DNA of 64,000 bases, taken from the NCBI RefSeq assembly GCF_009914755.1, contig NC_060925.1. The stretch is one strand, 5' to 3'. Under the pieces are notes generated by a model. The model was not told the origin of the DNA, searched no databases, and was given only the letters and a program-made list of their open reading frames with translations. A program made the translations under genes and the position numbers. Of this stretch, positions 30,501 to 46,400 are shown piece by piece (within the stretch, counting starts at the first letter, position 1; every line of letters begins with the position of its first letter). The DNA is from the human T2T-CHM13v2.0 reference genome, Homo sapiens.

Positions 30501-33500
30501 AATGGAATTCAAAGGAATCATCATCAAATGGAACCGAATGGAATCCTCATTGAATGGAAATGAAAGGGGTCATCATCTAATGGAATCGCATGGAATCATC
30601 ATCAAATGGAATCGAATGGAATCATCATCAAATGGAATCTAATGGAATCATTGAACAGAATTGAATGGAATCGTCATCGAATGAATTGAATGCAATCATC
30701 GAATGGTCTCGAATGGAATCATCTTCTAATGGAAAGGAATGGAATCATCGCATAGAATCGAATGGAATTATCATCGAATGGAATCGAATGGTATCAACAC
30801 CAAACGGAAAAAAACGGAATTATCGAATGGAATCGAAGAGAATCTTCGAACGGACCCGAATGGAATCATCTAATGGAATGGAATGGAATAATCCATGGAC
30901 TCGAATGCAATCATCATCGAATGGAATGGAATGGAATCATCGAATGGACTCGAATGGAATAATCATTGAACGGAATCGAATGGAATCATCATCGGATGGA
31001 AACGAATGGAATCATCATCGAATGGAAATGAAAGGAGTCATCATCTAATGGAATTGCATGGAATCATCATCAAATGGAATCGAATGGAATCAACATCAAA
31101 TGGAATCAAATGGAATCATTGAACGGAATTGAATGGAATCGTCATCGAATGAATTGACTGCAATCATCGAATGGTCTCGAATGGAATCATCTTCAAATGG
31201 AATGGAATGGAATCATCGCATAGAATCGAATGGAATTATCATCGAATGGAATCGAATGGAATCAACATCAAACGGAAAAAAACGGAATTATCGAATGGAA
31301 TCAAAGAGAATCATCGAATGGACCCGAATGGAATCATCTAATGGAATGGAATGGAATAATCCATGGACTCGAATGCAATCATCATCGAATGGAATCGAAT
31401 GGAATCATCGAATGGACTCGAATGGAATAATCATTGAACGGAATCGAATGGAATCATCATCGGATGGAAATGAATGGAATCATCATCGAATGGAATCGAA
31501 TAGAATTATGGAATGAAATCCAGTGTGATCATCATCGAATGGACCCGAATGGAATCATCATCCAACGGAAGCTAATGGAATCAACATCGAATGAATCGAA
31601 TGGAAACACCATCGAATTGAAACGAATGGAATTATCATGAAATTGAAATGGATGGACTCATCATCGAATGGATTCGAATGGAATCATCGAATAAAATTGA
31701 TTGAAATCATCATCCAATGGAATCGAATGGTATCATTGAATGGAATCGAATGGAATCATCATCAGATGGAAATGAATGGAATCGTCATAGAATGGAATCG
31801 AATGGATTCATTGAATGGAATCAGATGGAATCATCGAATGGACAGGAATGGAATCATTGAATGGACTCGAAAGGGATCATGATTGAATGGAATTGAATGG
31901 AATCATCGAATGGTCTCGATTGGAATCATTATCAAATGGAATCGAATGGAATCACCGAATAGAATCGAATGGAACAATCATCGAATGGACTCAAATGGAA
32001 TTATCCTCCAATGGAATCGAATGGAATTATCGAATGCAATCGAATGGAATTATCGAATGCAATCGAATAGAATCATCGAATGGACTCGAATGGAATCATC
32101 GAATGGAATGGAATGGAACAGTCAATGAACTCGAATGGAATCATCATTGAATGGAATCGAATGGAATCATCGAGTGGAATCGAATGGAATTATGATCAAA
32201 TGGAATCGAATGTAATCATCATCAAATGGAATCAAAAATAACCATCATCAATTGGTATTGAATGGAATTGTCATCAAATGGAATTCAAAGGAATCATCAT
32301 CAAATGGAACCGAATGGAATCCTCATTGAATGGAAATGAAAGGGGTCATCATCTAATGGAATCGCATGGAATCATCATCAAATGGAATCCAATGGAATCA
32401 TCATCAAATGGAATCTAATGGAATCATTGAACAGAATTGAATGGAATCGTCATCGAATGAATTGAATGCAATCATCGAATGGTCTCGAATGGAATCATCT
32501 TCTAATGGAAAGGAATGGAATCATCGCATAGAATCGAATGGAATTATCATCGAATGGAATCGAATGGTATCAACACCAAACGGAAAAAAACGGAATTATC
32601 GAATGGAATCGAAGAGAATCTTCGAACGGACCCGAATGGAATCATCTAATGGAATGGAATGGAATAATCCATGGACTCGAATGCAATCATCATCGAATGG
32701 AATCGAATGGAATCATCGAATGGACTCGAATGGAATAATCATTGAACGGAATCGATTGGAATCATCATCGGATGGAAACGAATGGAATCATCATCGAATG
32801 GAAATGAAAGGAGTCATCATCTAATGGAATTGCATGGAATCATCATAAAATGGAATCGAATGGAATCAACATCAAATGGAATCAAATGTAATCATTGAAC
32901 GGAATTGAATGGAATCGTCATCGAATGAATTGACTGCAATCATCCAATGGTCTCGAATGGAATCATCTTCAAATGGAATGGAATGGAATCATCGCATAGA
33001 ATCGAATGGAATTATCATCGAATGGAATCGAATGGAATCAACATCCAACGGAAAAAAACGGAATTATCGAATGGAATCGAAGAGAATCATCGAATGGACC
33101 CGAATGGAATCATCTAATGGAATGGAATGGAATAATCCATGGACTCGAATGCAATCATCATCCAATGGAATCAAATGGAATCATCGAATGGACTCGAATG
33201 GAATAATCATTGAACGGAATCGAATGGAATCATCATCGGATGGAAATGAATGGAATCATCATCGAATGGAATCGAATAGAATTATGGAATGAAATCCAGT
33301 GTGATCATCATCGAATGGACCCGAATGGAATCATCATCCAACGGAAGCTAATGGAATCAACATCGAATGAATCAAATGGAAACACCATCGAATTGAAACG
33401 AATGGAATTATCATGAAATTGAAATGGATGGTCTCATCATCGAATGGATTCGAATGGAATCATCGAATAAAATTGATTGAAATCATCATCGAATGGAATC

Positions 33501-36500
33501 GAATGGTATCATTGAATGGAATCGAATGGAATCATCATCAGATGGAAATGAATGGAATCGTCATAGAATGGAATCGAATGGATTCATTGAATGGAATCAG
33601 ATGGAATCATCGAATGGACTGGAATGGAATCATTGAATGGACTCGAAAGGGATCATGATTGAATGGAATTGAATGGAATCATCGAATGGTCTCGATTGGA
33701 ATCATTATCAAATGGAATCGAATGGAATCACCGAATAGAATCGAATGGAATTATCATCGAATGGAATCGAATGGAATTATCCTCCAATGGAATGGAATGG
33801 AATTATCGAATGCAATCGAATGGAATTATCGAATGCAATCGAATAGAATCATCGAATGGACTCGAATGGAATCATCGAATGGAATGCAATGGAACAGTCA
33901 ATGAACTCGAATGGAATCATCATTGAATGGAATCGAATGGAATCATCGAGTGGAATCGAATGGAATTATGATCAAATGGAATCGAATGTAATCATCATCA
34001 AACGGAATCAAAAATAACCATCATCAATTGGTATTGAATGGAATTGTCATCAAATGGAATTCAAAGGAATCATCATCAAATGGAACCGAATGGAATCCTC
34101 ATTGAATGGAAATGAAAGGGGTCATCATCTAATGGAATCGCATGGAATCATCATCAAATGGAATCGAATGGAATCATCATCAAATGGAATCTAATGGAAT
34201 CATTGAACAGAATTGAATGGAATCGTCATCGAATGAATTGAATGCAATCATCGAATGGTCTCGAATGGAATCATCTTCTAATGGAAAGGAATGGAATCAT
34301 CGCATAGAATCGAATGCAACTATCATCGAATGGAATCGAATGGTATCAACACCAAACGGAAAAAAACGGAATTATCGAATGGAATCGAAGAGAATCTTCG
34401 AACGGACCCGAATGGAATCATCTAATGGAATGGAATGGAATAATCCATGGACTCGAATGCAATCATCATCGAATGGAATCGAATGGAATCATCGAATGGA
34501 CTCGAATGGAATAATCATTGAACGGAATCGATTGGAATCATCATCGGATGGAAACGAATGGAATCATCATCGAATGGAAATGAAAGGAGTCATCATCTAA
34601 TGGAATTGCATGGAATCATCATAAAATGGAATCGAATGGAATCAACATCAAATGGAATCAAATGGAATCATTGAACGGAATTGAATGGAATCGTCATCGA
34701 ATGAATTGACTGCAATCATCCAATGGTCTCGAATGGAATCATCTTCAAATGGAATGGAATGGAATCATCGCATAGAATCGAATGGAATTATCATCGAATG
34801 GAATCGAATGGAATCAACATCCAACGGAAAAAAACGGAATTATCTAATGGAATCGAAGAGAATCATCGAATGGACCCGAATGGAATCATCTAATGGAATG
34901 GAATGGAATAATCCATGGACTCGAATGCAATCATCATCGAATGGAATCGAATGGAATCATCGAATGGACTCGAATGGAATAATCATTGAACGGAATCGAA
35001 TGGAATCATCATCGGATGGAAATGAATGGAATCATCATCGAATGGAATCGAATAGAATTATGGAATGAAATCCAGTGTGATCATCATCGAATGGACCCGA
35101 ATGGAATCATCATCCAACGGAAGCTAATGGAATCAACATCGAATGAATCGAATGGAAACACCATCGAATTGAAACGAATGGAATTATCATGAAATTGAAA
35201 TGGATGGACTCATCATCGAATGGATTCGAATGGAATCATCGAATAAAATTGATTGAAATCATCATCGAATGGAGTCGAATGGTATCATTGAATGGAATCG
35301 AATGGAATCATCATCAGATGGAAATGAATGGAATCGTCATAGAATGGAATCGAATGGATTCATTGAATGGAATCAGATGGAATCATCGAATGGACTGGAA
35401 TGGAATCATTGAATGGACTCGAAAGGGATCATGATTGAATGGAATTGAATGGAATCATCGAATGGTCTCGATTGGAATCATTATCAAATGGAATCGAATG
35501 GAATCACCGAATAGAATCGAATGGAACAATCATCGAATGGACTCAAATGGAATTATCCTCCAATGGAATCGAATGGAATTATCGAATGCAATCGAATGGA
35601 ATTATCGAATGCAATCGAATAGAATCATCGAAAGGACTCGAATGGAATCATCGAATGGAATGGAATGGAACAGTCAATGAACTCGAATGGAATCATCATT
35701 GAATGGAATCGAATGGAATCATCGAGTGGAATCGAATGGAATTATGATCAAATGGAATCGAATGTAATCATCATCAAATGGAATCAAAATTAACCATCAT
35801 CAATTGGTATTGAATGGAATTGTCATCAAATGGAATTCAAAGGAATCATCATCAAATGGAACCGAATGGAATCCTCATTGAATGGAAATGAAAGGGGTCA
35901 TCATCTAATGGAATCGCATGGAATCATCATCAAATGGAATCGAATGGAATCATCATCAAATGGAATCTAATGGAATCATTGAACAGAATTGAATGGAATC
36001 GTCATCGAATGAATTGAATGCAATCATCGAATGGTCTCGAATGGAATCATCTTCTAATGGAAAGGAATGGAATCATCGCATAGAATCGAATGGAATTATC
36101 ATCGAATGGAATCGAATGGTATCAACACCAAACGGAAAAAAACGGAATTATCGAATGGAATCGAAGAGATTCTTCGAACGGACCCGAATGGAATCATCTA
36201 ATGGAATGGAATGGAATAATCCATGGACTCGAATGCAATCATCATCGAATGGAATGGAATGGAATCATCGAATGGACTCGAATGGAATAATCATTGAACG
36301 GAATCGAATGGAATCATCATCGGATGGAAACGAATGGAATCATCATCGAATGGAAATGAAAGGAGTCATCATCTAATGGAATTGCATGGAATCATCATAA
36401 AATGGAATCGAATGGAATCAACATCAAATGGAATCAAATGGAATCATTGAACGGAATTGAATGGAATCGTCATCGAATGAATTGACTGCAATCATCGAAT

Positions 36501-39500
36501 GGTCTCGAATGGAATCATCTTCAAATGGAATGGAATGGAATCATCGCATAGAATCGAATGGAATTATCATCGAATGGAATCGAATGGAATCAACATCCAA
36601 CGGAAAAAAACGGAATTATCGAATGGAATCGAAGAGAATCATCGAATGGACCCGAATGGAATCATCTAATGGAATGGAATGGAATAATCCATGGACTCGA
36701 ATGCAATCATCATCGAATGGAATCGAATGGAATCATCGAATGGACTCGAATGGAATAATCATTGAACGGAATCGAATGGAATCATCATCGGATGGAAATG
36801 AATGGAATCATCATCGAATGGAATCGAATAGAATTATGGAATGAAATCCAGTGTGATCATCATCGAATGGACCCGAATGGAATCATCATCCAACGGAAGC
36901 TAATGGAATCAACATCGAATGAATCGAATGGAAACACCATCGAATTGAAACGAATGGAATTATCATGAAATTGAAATGGATGGACTCATCATCGAATGGA
37001 TTCGAATGGAATCATCGAATAAAATTGATTGAAATCATCATCGAATGGAATCGAATGGTATCATTGAATGGAATCGAATGGAATCATCATCAGATGGAAA
37101 TGAATGGAATCGTCATAGAATGGAATCGAATGGATTCATTGAATGGAATCAGATGGAATCATCGAATGGACTGGAATGGAATCATTGAATGGACTCGAAA
37201 GGGATCATGATTGAATGGAATTGAATGGAATCATCGAATGGTCTCGATTGGAATCATTATCAAATGGAATCGAATGGAATCACCGAATAGAATCGAATGG
37301 AACAATCATCGAATGGACTCAAATGGAATTATCCTCAAATGGAATCGAATGGAATTATCGAATGCAATCGGATGGAATTATCGAATGCAATCGAATAGAA
37401 TCATCGAATGGACTCGAATGGAATCATCGAATGGAATGGAATGGAACAGTCAATGAACTCGAATGGAATCATCATTGAATGGAATCGAATGGAATCATCG
37501 AGTGGAATCGAATGGAATTATGATCAAATGGAATCGAATGTAATCATCATCAAATGGAATCAAAAATAACCATCATCAATTGGTATTGAATGGAATTGTC
37601 ATCAAATGGAATTCAAAGGAATCATCATCAAATGGAACCGAATGGAATCCTCATTGAATGGAAATGAAAGGGGTCATCATCTAATGGAATCGCATGGAAT
37701 CATCATCAAATGGAATCGAATGGAATCATCATCAAATGGAATCTAATGGAATCATTGAACAGAATTGAATGGAATCGTCATCGAATGAATTGAATGCAAT
37801 CATCGAATGGTCTCGAATGGAATCATCTTCTAATGGAAAGGAATGGAATCATCGCATAGAATCGAATGGAATTATCATCGAATGGAATCGAATGCTATCA
37901 ACACCAAACGGAAAAAAACGGAATTATCGAATGGAATCGAAGAGAATCTTCGAACGGACCCGAATGGAATCATCTAATGGAATGGAATGGAATAATCCAT
38001 GGACTCGAATGCAATCATCATCGAATGGAATGGAATGGAATCATCGAATGGACTCGAATGGAATAATCATTGAACGGAATCGAATGGAATCATCATCGGA
38101 TGGAAACGAATGGAATCATCATCGAATGGAAATGAAAGGAGTCATCATCTAATGGAATTGCATGGAATCATCATAAAATGGAATCGAATGGAATCAACAT
38201 CAAATGGAATCAAATGGAATCATTGAACGGAATTGAATGGAATCGTCATCGAATGAATTGACTGCAATCATCGAATGGTCTCGAATGGAATCATCTTCAA
38301 ATGGAATGGAATGGAATCATCGCATAGAATCGAATGGAATTATCATCGAATGGAATCGAATGGAATCAACATCAAACGGAAAAAAACGGAATTATCGAAT
38401 GGAATCGAAGAGAATCATCGAATGGACCCGAATGGAATCATCTAATGGAATGGAATGGAATAATCCATGGACTCGAATGCAATCATCATCGAATGGAATC
38501 GAATGGAATCATCGAATGGACTCGAATGGAATAATCATTGAACGGAATCGAATGGAATCATCATCGGATGGAAATGAATGGAATCATCATCGAATGGAAT
38601 CGAATAGAATTATGGAATGAAATCCAGTGTGATCATCATCGAATGGACCCGAATGGAATCATCATCCAACGGAAGCTAATGGAATCAACATCGAATGAAT
38701 CGAATGGAAACACCATCGAATTGAAACGAATGGAATTATCATGAAATTGAAATGGATGGACTCATCATCGAATGGATTCGAATGGAATCATCGAATAAAA
38801 TTGATTGAAATCATCATCCAATGGAATCGAATGGTATCATTGAATGGAATCGAATGGAATCATCATCAGATGGAAATGAATGGAATCGTCATAAAATGGA
38901 ATCGAATGGATTCATTGAATGGAATCAGATGGAATCATCGAATGGACTGGAATGGAATCATTGAATGGACTCGAAAGGGATCATTATTGAATGGAATTGA
39001 ATGGAATCATCGAATGGTCTCGATTGGAATCATTATCAAATGGAATCGAATGGAATCACCGAATAGAATCGAATGGAACAATCATCGAATGGACTCAAAT
39101 GGAATTATCCTCAAATGGAATCGAATGGAATTATCGAATGCAATCGAATGGAATTATCGAATGCAATCGAATAGAATCATCGAATGGACTCGAATGGAAT
39201 CATCGAATGGAATGGAATGGAACAGTCAATGAACTCGAATGGAATCATCATTGAATGGAATCGAATGGAATCATCGAGTGGAATCGAATGGAATTATGAT
39301 CAAATGGAATCGAATGTAATCATCATCAAATGGAATCAAAAATAACCATCATCAATTGGTATTGAATGGAATTGTCATCAAATGGAATTCAAAGGAATCA
39401 TCATCAAATGGAACCGAATGGAATCCTCATTGAATGGAAATGAAAGGGGTCATCATCTAATGGAATCGCATGGAATCATCATCAAATGGAATCGAATGGA

Positions 39501-42292
39501 ATCATCATCAAATGGAATCTAATGGAATCATTGAACAGAATTGAATGGAATCGTCATCGAATGAATTGAATGCAATCATCGAATGGTCTCGAATGGAATC
39601 ATCTTCTAATGGAAAGGAATGGAATCATCGCATAGAATCGAATGGAATTATCATCGAATGGAATCGAATTGTATCAACACCAAACGGAAAAAAACGGAAT
39701 TATCGAATGGAATCGAAGAGAATCTTCGAACGGACCCGAATGGAATCATCTAATGGAATGGAATGGAATAATCCATGGACTCGAATGCAATCATCATCGA
39801 ATGGAATCGAATGGAATCATCGAATGGACTCGAATGGAATAATCATTGAACGGAATCGAATGGAATCATCATCGGATGGAAACGAATGGAATCATGATCG
39901 AATGGAAATGAAAGGAGTCATCATCTAATGGAATTGCATGGAATCATCATAAAATGGAATCGAATGGAATCAACATCAAATGGAATCAAATGGAATCATT
40001 GAACGGAATTGAATGGAATCGTCATCGAATGAATTGACTGCAATCATCGAATGGTCTCGAATGGAATCATGTTCAAATGGAATGGAATGGAATCATCGCA
40101 TAGAATCGAATGGAATTATCATCGAATGGAATCGAATGGAATCAACATCCAACGGAAAAAAACGGAATTATCGAATGGAATCGAAGAGAATCATCGAATG
40201 GACCCGAATGGAATCATCTAATGGAATGGAATGGAATAATCCATGGACTCGAATGCAATCATCATCGAATGGAATCGAATGGAATCATCGAATGGACTCG
40301 AATGGAATAATCATTGAACGGAATCGAATGGAATCATCATCGGATGGAAATGAATGGAATCATCATCGAATGGAATCGAATAGAATTATGGAATGAAATC
40401 CAGTGTGATCATCATCGAATGGACCCGAATGGAATCATCATCCAACGGAAGCTAATGGAATCAACATCGAATGAATCGAATGGAAACACCATCGAATTGA
40501 AACGAATGGAATTATCATGAAATTGAAATGGATGGACTCATCATCGAATGGATTCGAATGGAATCATCGAATAAAATTGATTGAAATCATCATCCAATGG
40601 AATCGAATGGTATCATTGAATGGAATCGAATGGAATCATCATCAGATGGAAATGAATGGAATCGTCATAAAATGGAATCGAATGGATTCATTGAATGGAA
40701 TCAGATGGAATCATCGAATGGACTGGAATGGAATCATTGAATGGACTCGAAAGGGATCATTATTGAATGGAATTGAATGGAATCATCGAATGGTCTCGAT
40801 TGGAATCATTATCAAATGGAATCGAATGGAATCACCGAATAGAATCGAATGGAACAATCATCGAATGGACTCAAATGGAATTATCCTCAAATGGAATCGA
40901 ATGGAATTATCGAATGCAATCGAATGGAATTATCGAATGCAATCGAATAGAATCATCGAATGGACTCGAATGGAATCATCGAATGGAATGGAATGGAACA
41001 GTCAATGAACTCGAATGGAATCATCATTGAATGGAATCGAATGGAATCATCGAGTGGAATCGAATGGAATTATGATCAAATGGAATCGAATGTAATCATC
41101 ATCAAATGGAATCAAAAATAACCATCATCAATTGGTATTGAATGGAATTGTCATCAAATGGAATTCAAAGGAATCATCATCAAATGGAACCGAATGGAAT
41201 CCTCATTGAATGGAAATGAAAGGGGTCATCATCTAATGGAATCGCATGGAATCATCATCAAATGGAATCGAATGGAATCATCATCAAATGGAATCTAATG
41301 GAATCATTGAACAGAATTGAATGGAATCGTCATCGAATGAATTGAATGCAATCATCGAATGGTCTCGAATGGAATCATCTTCTAATGGAAAGGAATGGAA
41401 TCATCGCATAGAATCGAATGGAATTATCATCGAATGGAATCGAATTGTATCAACACCAAACGGAAAAAAACGGAATTATCGAATGGAATCGAAGAGAATC
41501 TTCGAACGGACCCGAATGGAATCATCTAATGGAATGGAATGGAATAATCCATGGACTCGAATGCAATCATCATCGAATGGAATCGAATGGAATCATCGAA
41601 TGGACTCGAATGGAATAATCATTGAACGGAATCGAATGGAATCATCATCGGATGGAAACGAATGGAATCATGATCGAATGGAAATGAAAGGAGTCATCAT
41701 CTAATGGAATTGCATGGAATCATCATAAAATGGAATCGAATGGAATCAACATCAAATGGAATCAAATGGAATCATTGAACGGAATTGAATGGAATCGTCA
41801 TCGAATGAATTGACTGCAATCATCGAATGGTCTCGAATGGAATCATGTTCAAATGGAATGGAATGGAATCATCGCATAGAATCGAATGGAATTATCATCG
41901 AATGGAATCGAATGGAATCAACATCCAACGGAAAAAAACGGAATTATCGAATGGAATCGAAGAGAATCATCGAATGGACCCGAATGGAATCATCTAATGG
42001 AATGGAATGGAATAATCCATGGACTCGAATGCAATCATCATCGAATGGAATCGAATGGAATCATCGAATGGACTCGAATGGAATAATCATTGAACGGAAT
42101 CGAATGGAATCATCATCGGATGGAAATGAATGGAATCATCATCGAATGGAATCGAATAGAATTATGGAATGAAATCCAGTGTGATCATCATCGAATGGAC
42201 CCGAATGGAATCATCATCCAACGGAAGCTAATGGAATCAACATCGAATGAATCGAATGGAAACACCATCGAATTGAAACGAATGGAATTATC
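24533..42292 (+). repeat. Ten consecutive full-length 1,776-bp units with no net indel
   Basis: Landmark ATGAAATTGAAA at 24533, 26309, 28085, 29861, 31637, 33413, 35189, 36965, 38741, 40517 and 42293, all exactly 1,776 apart. Confidence 0.95.
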
Positions 42293-43125
42293 ATGAAATT
42301 GAAATGGATGGACTCATCATCGAATGGATTCGAATGGAATCATCGAATAAAATTGATTGAAATCATCATCAAATGGAATCGAATGGTATCATTCAATGGA
42401 ATCGAATGGAATCATCATCAGATGGAAATGAATGGAATCGTCATAGAATGGAATCGAATGGATTCATTGAATGGAATCAGATGGAATCATCGAATGGACT
42501 GGAATGGAATCATTGAATGGACTCGAAAGGGATCATTATTGAATGGAATTGAATGGAATCATCGAATGGTCTCGATTGGAATCATTATCAAATGGAATCG
42601 AATGGAATCACCGAATAGAATCGAATGGAACAATCATCGAATGGACTCAAATGGAATTATCCTCCAATGGAATCGAATGGAATTATCGAATGCAATCGAA
42701 TGGAATTATCGAATGCAATCGAATAGAATCATCGAATGGACTCGAATGGAATCATCGAATGGAATGGAATGGAACAGTCAATGAACTCGAATGGAATCAT
42801 CATTGAATGGAATCGAATGGAATCATCGAATGGAATCGAATGGAATTATGATCAAATGGAATCGAATATAATCATCATCAAATGGAATCAAAAATAACCA
42901 TCATCAATTGGTATTGAATGGAATTCTCATCAAATGGAATTCAAAGGAGTCATCATCAAATGGAACTGAATGGAATCCTCATTGAATGGAAATGAAAGGG
43001 GTCATCATCTAATGGAATCGCATGGAATCATCATCAAATGGAATCGAATGGAATCATCATCAAATGGAATCTGATGGAATCATTGAACAGAATTGAATGG
43101 AATCGTCATCGAATGAATTGAATGC

Positions 43126-43419
43126 AATCATCGAATGGTCTCGAATGTAATCACATTCTAATGGAAAGGAATGGAATCATCGCATAGAATCGAATGGAAT
43201 TAACATTGAATGGACTCGAATGGAATCAACATCAAACGGAATCAATCGGAATTATCGAATGGAATCGAAGAGAATCATCGAATGGTCTCGAATGGAATCA
43301 TCTTCTAATGGAAAGGAATGGAATCATCGCATAGAATCGAATGGAATTAACATTGAATGGACTCGAATGGAATCAACATCAAATGGAATCAAACGGAATT
43401 ATCGAATGAAATCGAAGAG
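43126..43419 (+). repeat. 147-bp tandem duplication inside a divergent sub-block A
   Basis: AATCATCGAATGGTCTCG...ATCGAAGAG occurs at 43126-43272 and again at 43273-43419. A->B spacing here is 615 (468+147). Unit length is 1,922 = 1,776+147-1, with a 1-bp deletion at about 43722 (ATCGTCTCGAATG). Confidence 0.9.
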
Positions 43420-46400
43420 AATCATTGAATGGACTCGAATGGAATCATCTAATGGAATGGAATGGAATAATCCACGGACTCGAATGCAATCATCATCGTA
43501 TAGAATCGAATGGAATCATCGAATGGACTCGAATGGAATAACCATTGAACGGAATCGAGTGGAATCATCATCGGATGGAAACGAATGGAATCATCATCGA
43601 ATGGAAATGAAAGGAGTCATCATCTAATGGAATTGCATGGAATCATCATAAAATGGAATCGAATGGAATCAACATCAAATGGAACCAAATGGAATCATTG
43701 AACGGAATTGAATGGAATCGTCTCGAATGAATTGACTGCAATCATCGAATGGTCTCGAATGGAATCATCTTCAAATGGAATGGAATGGAATCATCGCATA
43801 GAATCGAATGGAATTATCATCGAATGGAATCGAATGGAATCAACATCAAACGGAAAAAAACGGAATTATCAAATGGAATCGAAGAGAATCATCGAATGGA
43901 CCCGAATGGAATCATCTAATGGAATGGAATGGAATAATCCATGGACTCGAATGCAATCATCATCGAATGGAATCGAATGGAATCATCGAATGGACTCGAA
44001 TGGAATAATCATTGAACGGAATCGAATGGAATCATCATCGGATGGAAATGAATGGAATCATCATCGAATGGAATCGAATAGAATTATGGAATGAAATCCA
44101 GTGTGATCATCATCGAATGGACCCGAATGGAATCATCATCCAACGGAAGCTAATGGAATCAACATCGAATGAATCAAATGGAAACACCATCGAATTGAAA
44201 CGAATGGAATTATCATGAAATTGAAATGGATGGACTCATCATCGAATGGATTCGAATGGAATCATCGAATAAAATTGATTGAAATCATCATCCAATGGAA
44301 TCGAATGGTATCATTGAATGGAATCGAATGGGATCATCATCAGATGGAAATGAATGGAATCGTCATAGAATGGAATCGAATGGATTCATTGAATGGAATC
44401 AGATGGAATCATCGAATGGACTGAAATGGAATCATCGAATGGACTCGAAAGGGATCATGATTGAATGGAATTGAATGGAATCATCGAATGGTCTCGATTG
44501 GAATCATTATCAAATGGAATCGAATGGAATCCCCGAATAGAATCGAATGGAACAATCATCGAATGGACTCAAATGGAATTATCCTCAAATGGAATCGAAT
44601 GGAATTATCGAATGCAATCGAATGGAATTATCGAATGCAATCGAATAGAATCATCGAATGGACTCGAATGGAATCATCGAATGGAATGGAATGGAACAGT
44701 CAATGAACTCGAATGGAATCATCATTGAATGGAATCGAATGGAATCATCGAGTGGAATCGAATGGAATTATGATCAAATGGAATCGAATGTAATCATCAT
44801 CAAATGGAATCAAAAATAACCATCATCAATTGGTATTGAATGGAATTGTCATCAAATGGAATTCAAAGGAATCATCATCAAATGGAACCGAATGGAATCC
44901 TCATTGAATGGAAATGAAAGGGGTCATCATCTAATGGAATCGCATGGAATCATCATCAAATGGAATCGAATGGAATCATCATCAAATGGAATCTAATGGA
45001 ATCATTGAACAGAATTGAATGGAATCGTCATCGAATGAATTGAATGTAATCATCGAATGGTCTCGAATGGAATCATCTTCTAATGGAAAGGAATGGAATC
45101 ATCGCATAGAATCGAATGGAATTATCATCGAATGGAATCGAATGGTATCAACACCAAACGGAAAAAAACGGAATTATCGAATGGAATCGAAGAGAATCTT
45201 CGAACGGACCCGAATGGAATCATCTAATGGAATGGAATGGAATAATCCATGGACTCGAATGCAATCATCATCGAATGGAATCGAATGGAATCATCGAATG
45301 GACTCGAATGGAATAATCATTGAACGGAATCGAATGGAATCATCATCGGATGGAAACGAATGGAATCATGATCGAATGGAAATGAAAGGAGTCATCATCT
45401 AATGGAATTGCATGGAATCATCATAAAATGGAATCGAATGGAATCAACATCAAATGGAATCAAATGGAATCATTGAACGGAATTGAATGGAATCGTCATC
45501 GAATGAATTGACTGCAATCATCGAATGGTCTCGGAATCATCTTCAAATGGAATGGAATGGAATCATCGCATAGAATCGAATGGAATTATCAGCAAATGGA
45601 ATCGATTGGAATCAACATCAAACGGAAAAAAACGGAATTATCAAATGGAATCGAAGAGAATCATCGAATGGACCCGAATGGAATCATCTAATGGAATGGA
45701 ATGGAATAATCCATGGACTCGAATGCAATCATCATCGAATGGAATCGAATGGAATCATCGAATGGACTCGAATGGAATAATCATCGAACGGAATCGAATG
45801 GAATCATCATCGGATGGAAATGAATGGAATCATCATCGAATGGAATCGAATAGAATTATGGAATGAAATCCAGTGTGATCATCATCGAATGGACCCGAAT
45901 GGAATCATCATCCAACGGAAGCTAATGGAATCAACATCGAATGAATCGAATGGAAACACCATCGAATTGAAACGAATGGAATTATCATGAAATTGAAATG
46001 GATGGACTCATCATCGAATGGATTCGAATGGAATCATCGAATAAAATTGATTGAAATCATCATCGAATGGAATCGAATGGTATCATTGAATGGAATCGAA
46101 TGGAATCATCATCAGATGGAAATGAATGGAATCGTGATAGAATGGAATCGAATGGATTCATTGAATGGAATCAGATGGAATCATCGAATGGACTGGAATG
46201 GAATCATCGAATGGACTCGAAAGGGATCATGATTGAATGGAATTGAATGGAATCATCGAATGGTCTCGATTGGAATCATTATCAAATGGAATCGAATGGA
46301 ATCCCCGAATAGAATCGAATGGAACAATCATCGAATGGACTCAAATGGAATTATCCTCAAATGGAATCGAATGGAATTATCGAATGCAATCGAATGGAAT

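Noticed and set aside
43126-43419. Extra 147 bp as a mobile-element insertion or a nucleosome-length signal
   Set aside because: It is a tandem copy of adjacent satellite. The match to nucleosome core length is a single instance, and the breakpoints are explained by local AATCATCGAATGG homology.
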